Origin: Planctomycetota bacterium
Lineage (GTDB): Bacteria > Planctomycetota > JAJSAM01 > JAJVHW01
Direction of reading: 5' to 3'
NCBI GenBank assembly: GCA_965248445.1
Contig: CBDFJG010000002.1
Coordinates: 768,001 to 832,000, forward strand
DNA length: 64,000 nt
The notes below the pieces were generated by a model. That model did not search any database. It was not told the origin of the DNA and saw only the letters and a list, made by a program, of their open reading frames with translations. The position numbers and the translations under genes are program-made. Within the stretch, counting starts at the first letter, position 1. Every line of letters begins with the position of its first letter. Of this stretch, positions 63,543 through 64,000 are shown piece after piece.

Positions 63543-63647
63543 CTGTTCGCCCTCCGACGCGTCCCACGTCACCGTCGCTGCGAGCACGGCGACCCCGAGC
63601 CCGTAGAGCACGAGACTCGACACTTCGACCGCGAGCACGGCGGCGCC

Positions 63648-63917
63648 CTACTCCTTGGCTACGCCTGGGCGCCACTTCCACCAATCCCGCGTCCTGCGGT
63701 TGGGTCCGTAGTGCAAGAGCCTCAGCGCGCGACGCCAGCGCCAACAGACGAACGTGATCAGCATCCACAGGGGCGCGAACGCGAGGGCCACGGCGTCCGG
63801 CTTCGAGAGCCACCCTGACGCCAGCGACAGCACCGTGGACGCGGCGAAGAACAGCGCGAGGAACAGCGCGAACCCGATCTCGATCTTCACGCTAACTGGG
63901 ACCTTCTGCTCAGCCAT
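63648..63917 (-). CDS. Small membrane protein
   Basis: Two hydrophobic segments and a basic tail. Confidence 0.45.
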   Translation of the reverse strand: MAEQKVPVSVKIEIGFALFLALFFAASTVLSLASGWLSKPDAVALAFAPLWMLITFVCWRWRRALRLLHYGPNRRTRDWWKWRPGVAKE

Positions 63918-63927
63918 GGCCACCACC

Positions 63928-64000
63928 CTAGTCGGTGAAGAACTTCGCCGTCCCTCGCGTCGCCCGGCTCAGCTTGCGCAGGAACTTCAGCCGTACGCCG
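63928..64000 (-). CDS. 3' end of a gene starting beyond the window
   Basis: GVRLKFLRKLSRATRGTAKFFTD-stop, reminiscent of vWA-domain C-termini. Confidence 0.3.
   Translation of the reverse strand, partial: GVRLKFLRKLSRATRGTAKFFTD

Overview
High-GC bacterial window. A Planctomycetota origin is my guess from GroEL and secreted-protein style, not established. It has four parts. (1) 1-15.3 kb: surface-glycosylation locus (sulfotransferase, neuA/neuB/neuC, GT2, GT4, two GT-C-like membrane proteins) plus a large Ig-repeat HExxH protein and a HEAT-repeat neighbour. (2) 15.4-18.3 kb: groES-groEL (groEL carries a 1-nt frameshift) with a candidate sigma54 promoter, and a divergent PadR gene. (3) 19.8-41.6 kb: a ~21.7 kb siphovirus-like element between two tyrosine recombinases. 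It has terminase, a portal/minor-head fusion, protease, capsid, tail tube, a -1 frameshifted tail chaperone with a Cys-rich extension, and a tape measure gene. I see no replication, repressor, tail-tip or lysis genes. (4) 41.8-64 kb: host genes (TetR, ECF sigma, ftsH, thioesterase, TPR protein, cyclophilin, tRNA-Lys) with a dense nest of IS66, IS1380 and two IS3-type elements. No CRISPR array, reverse transcriptase or rRNA was seen. All product calls come from reading motifs by eye; no database searches were run.
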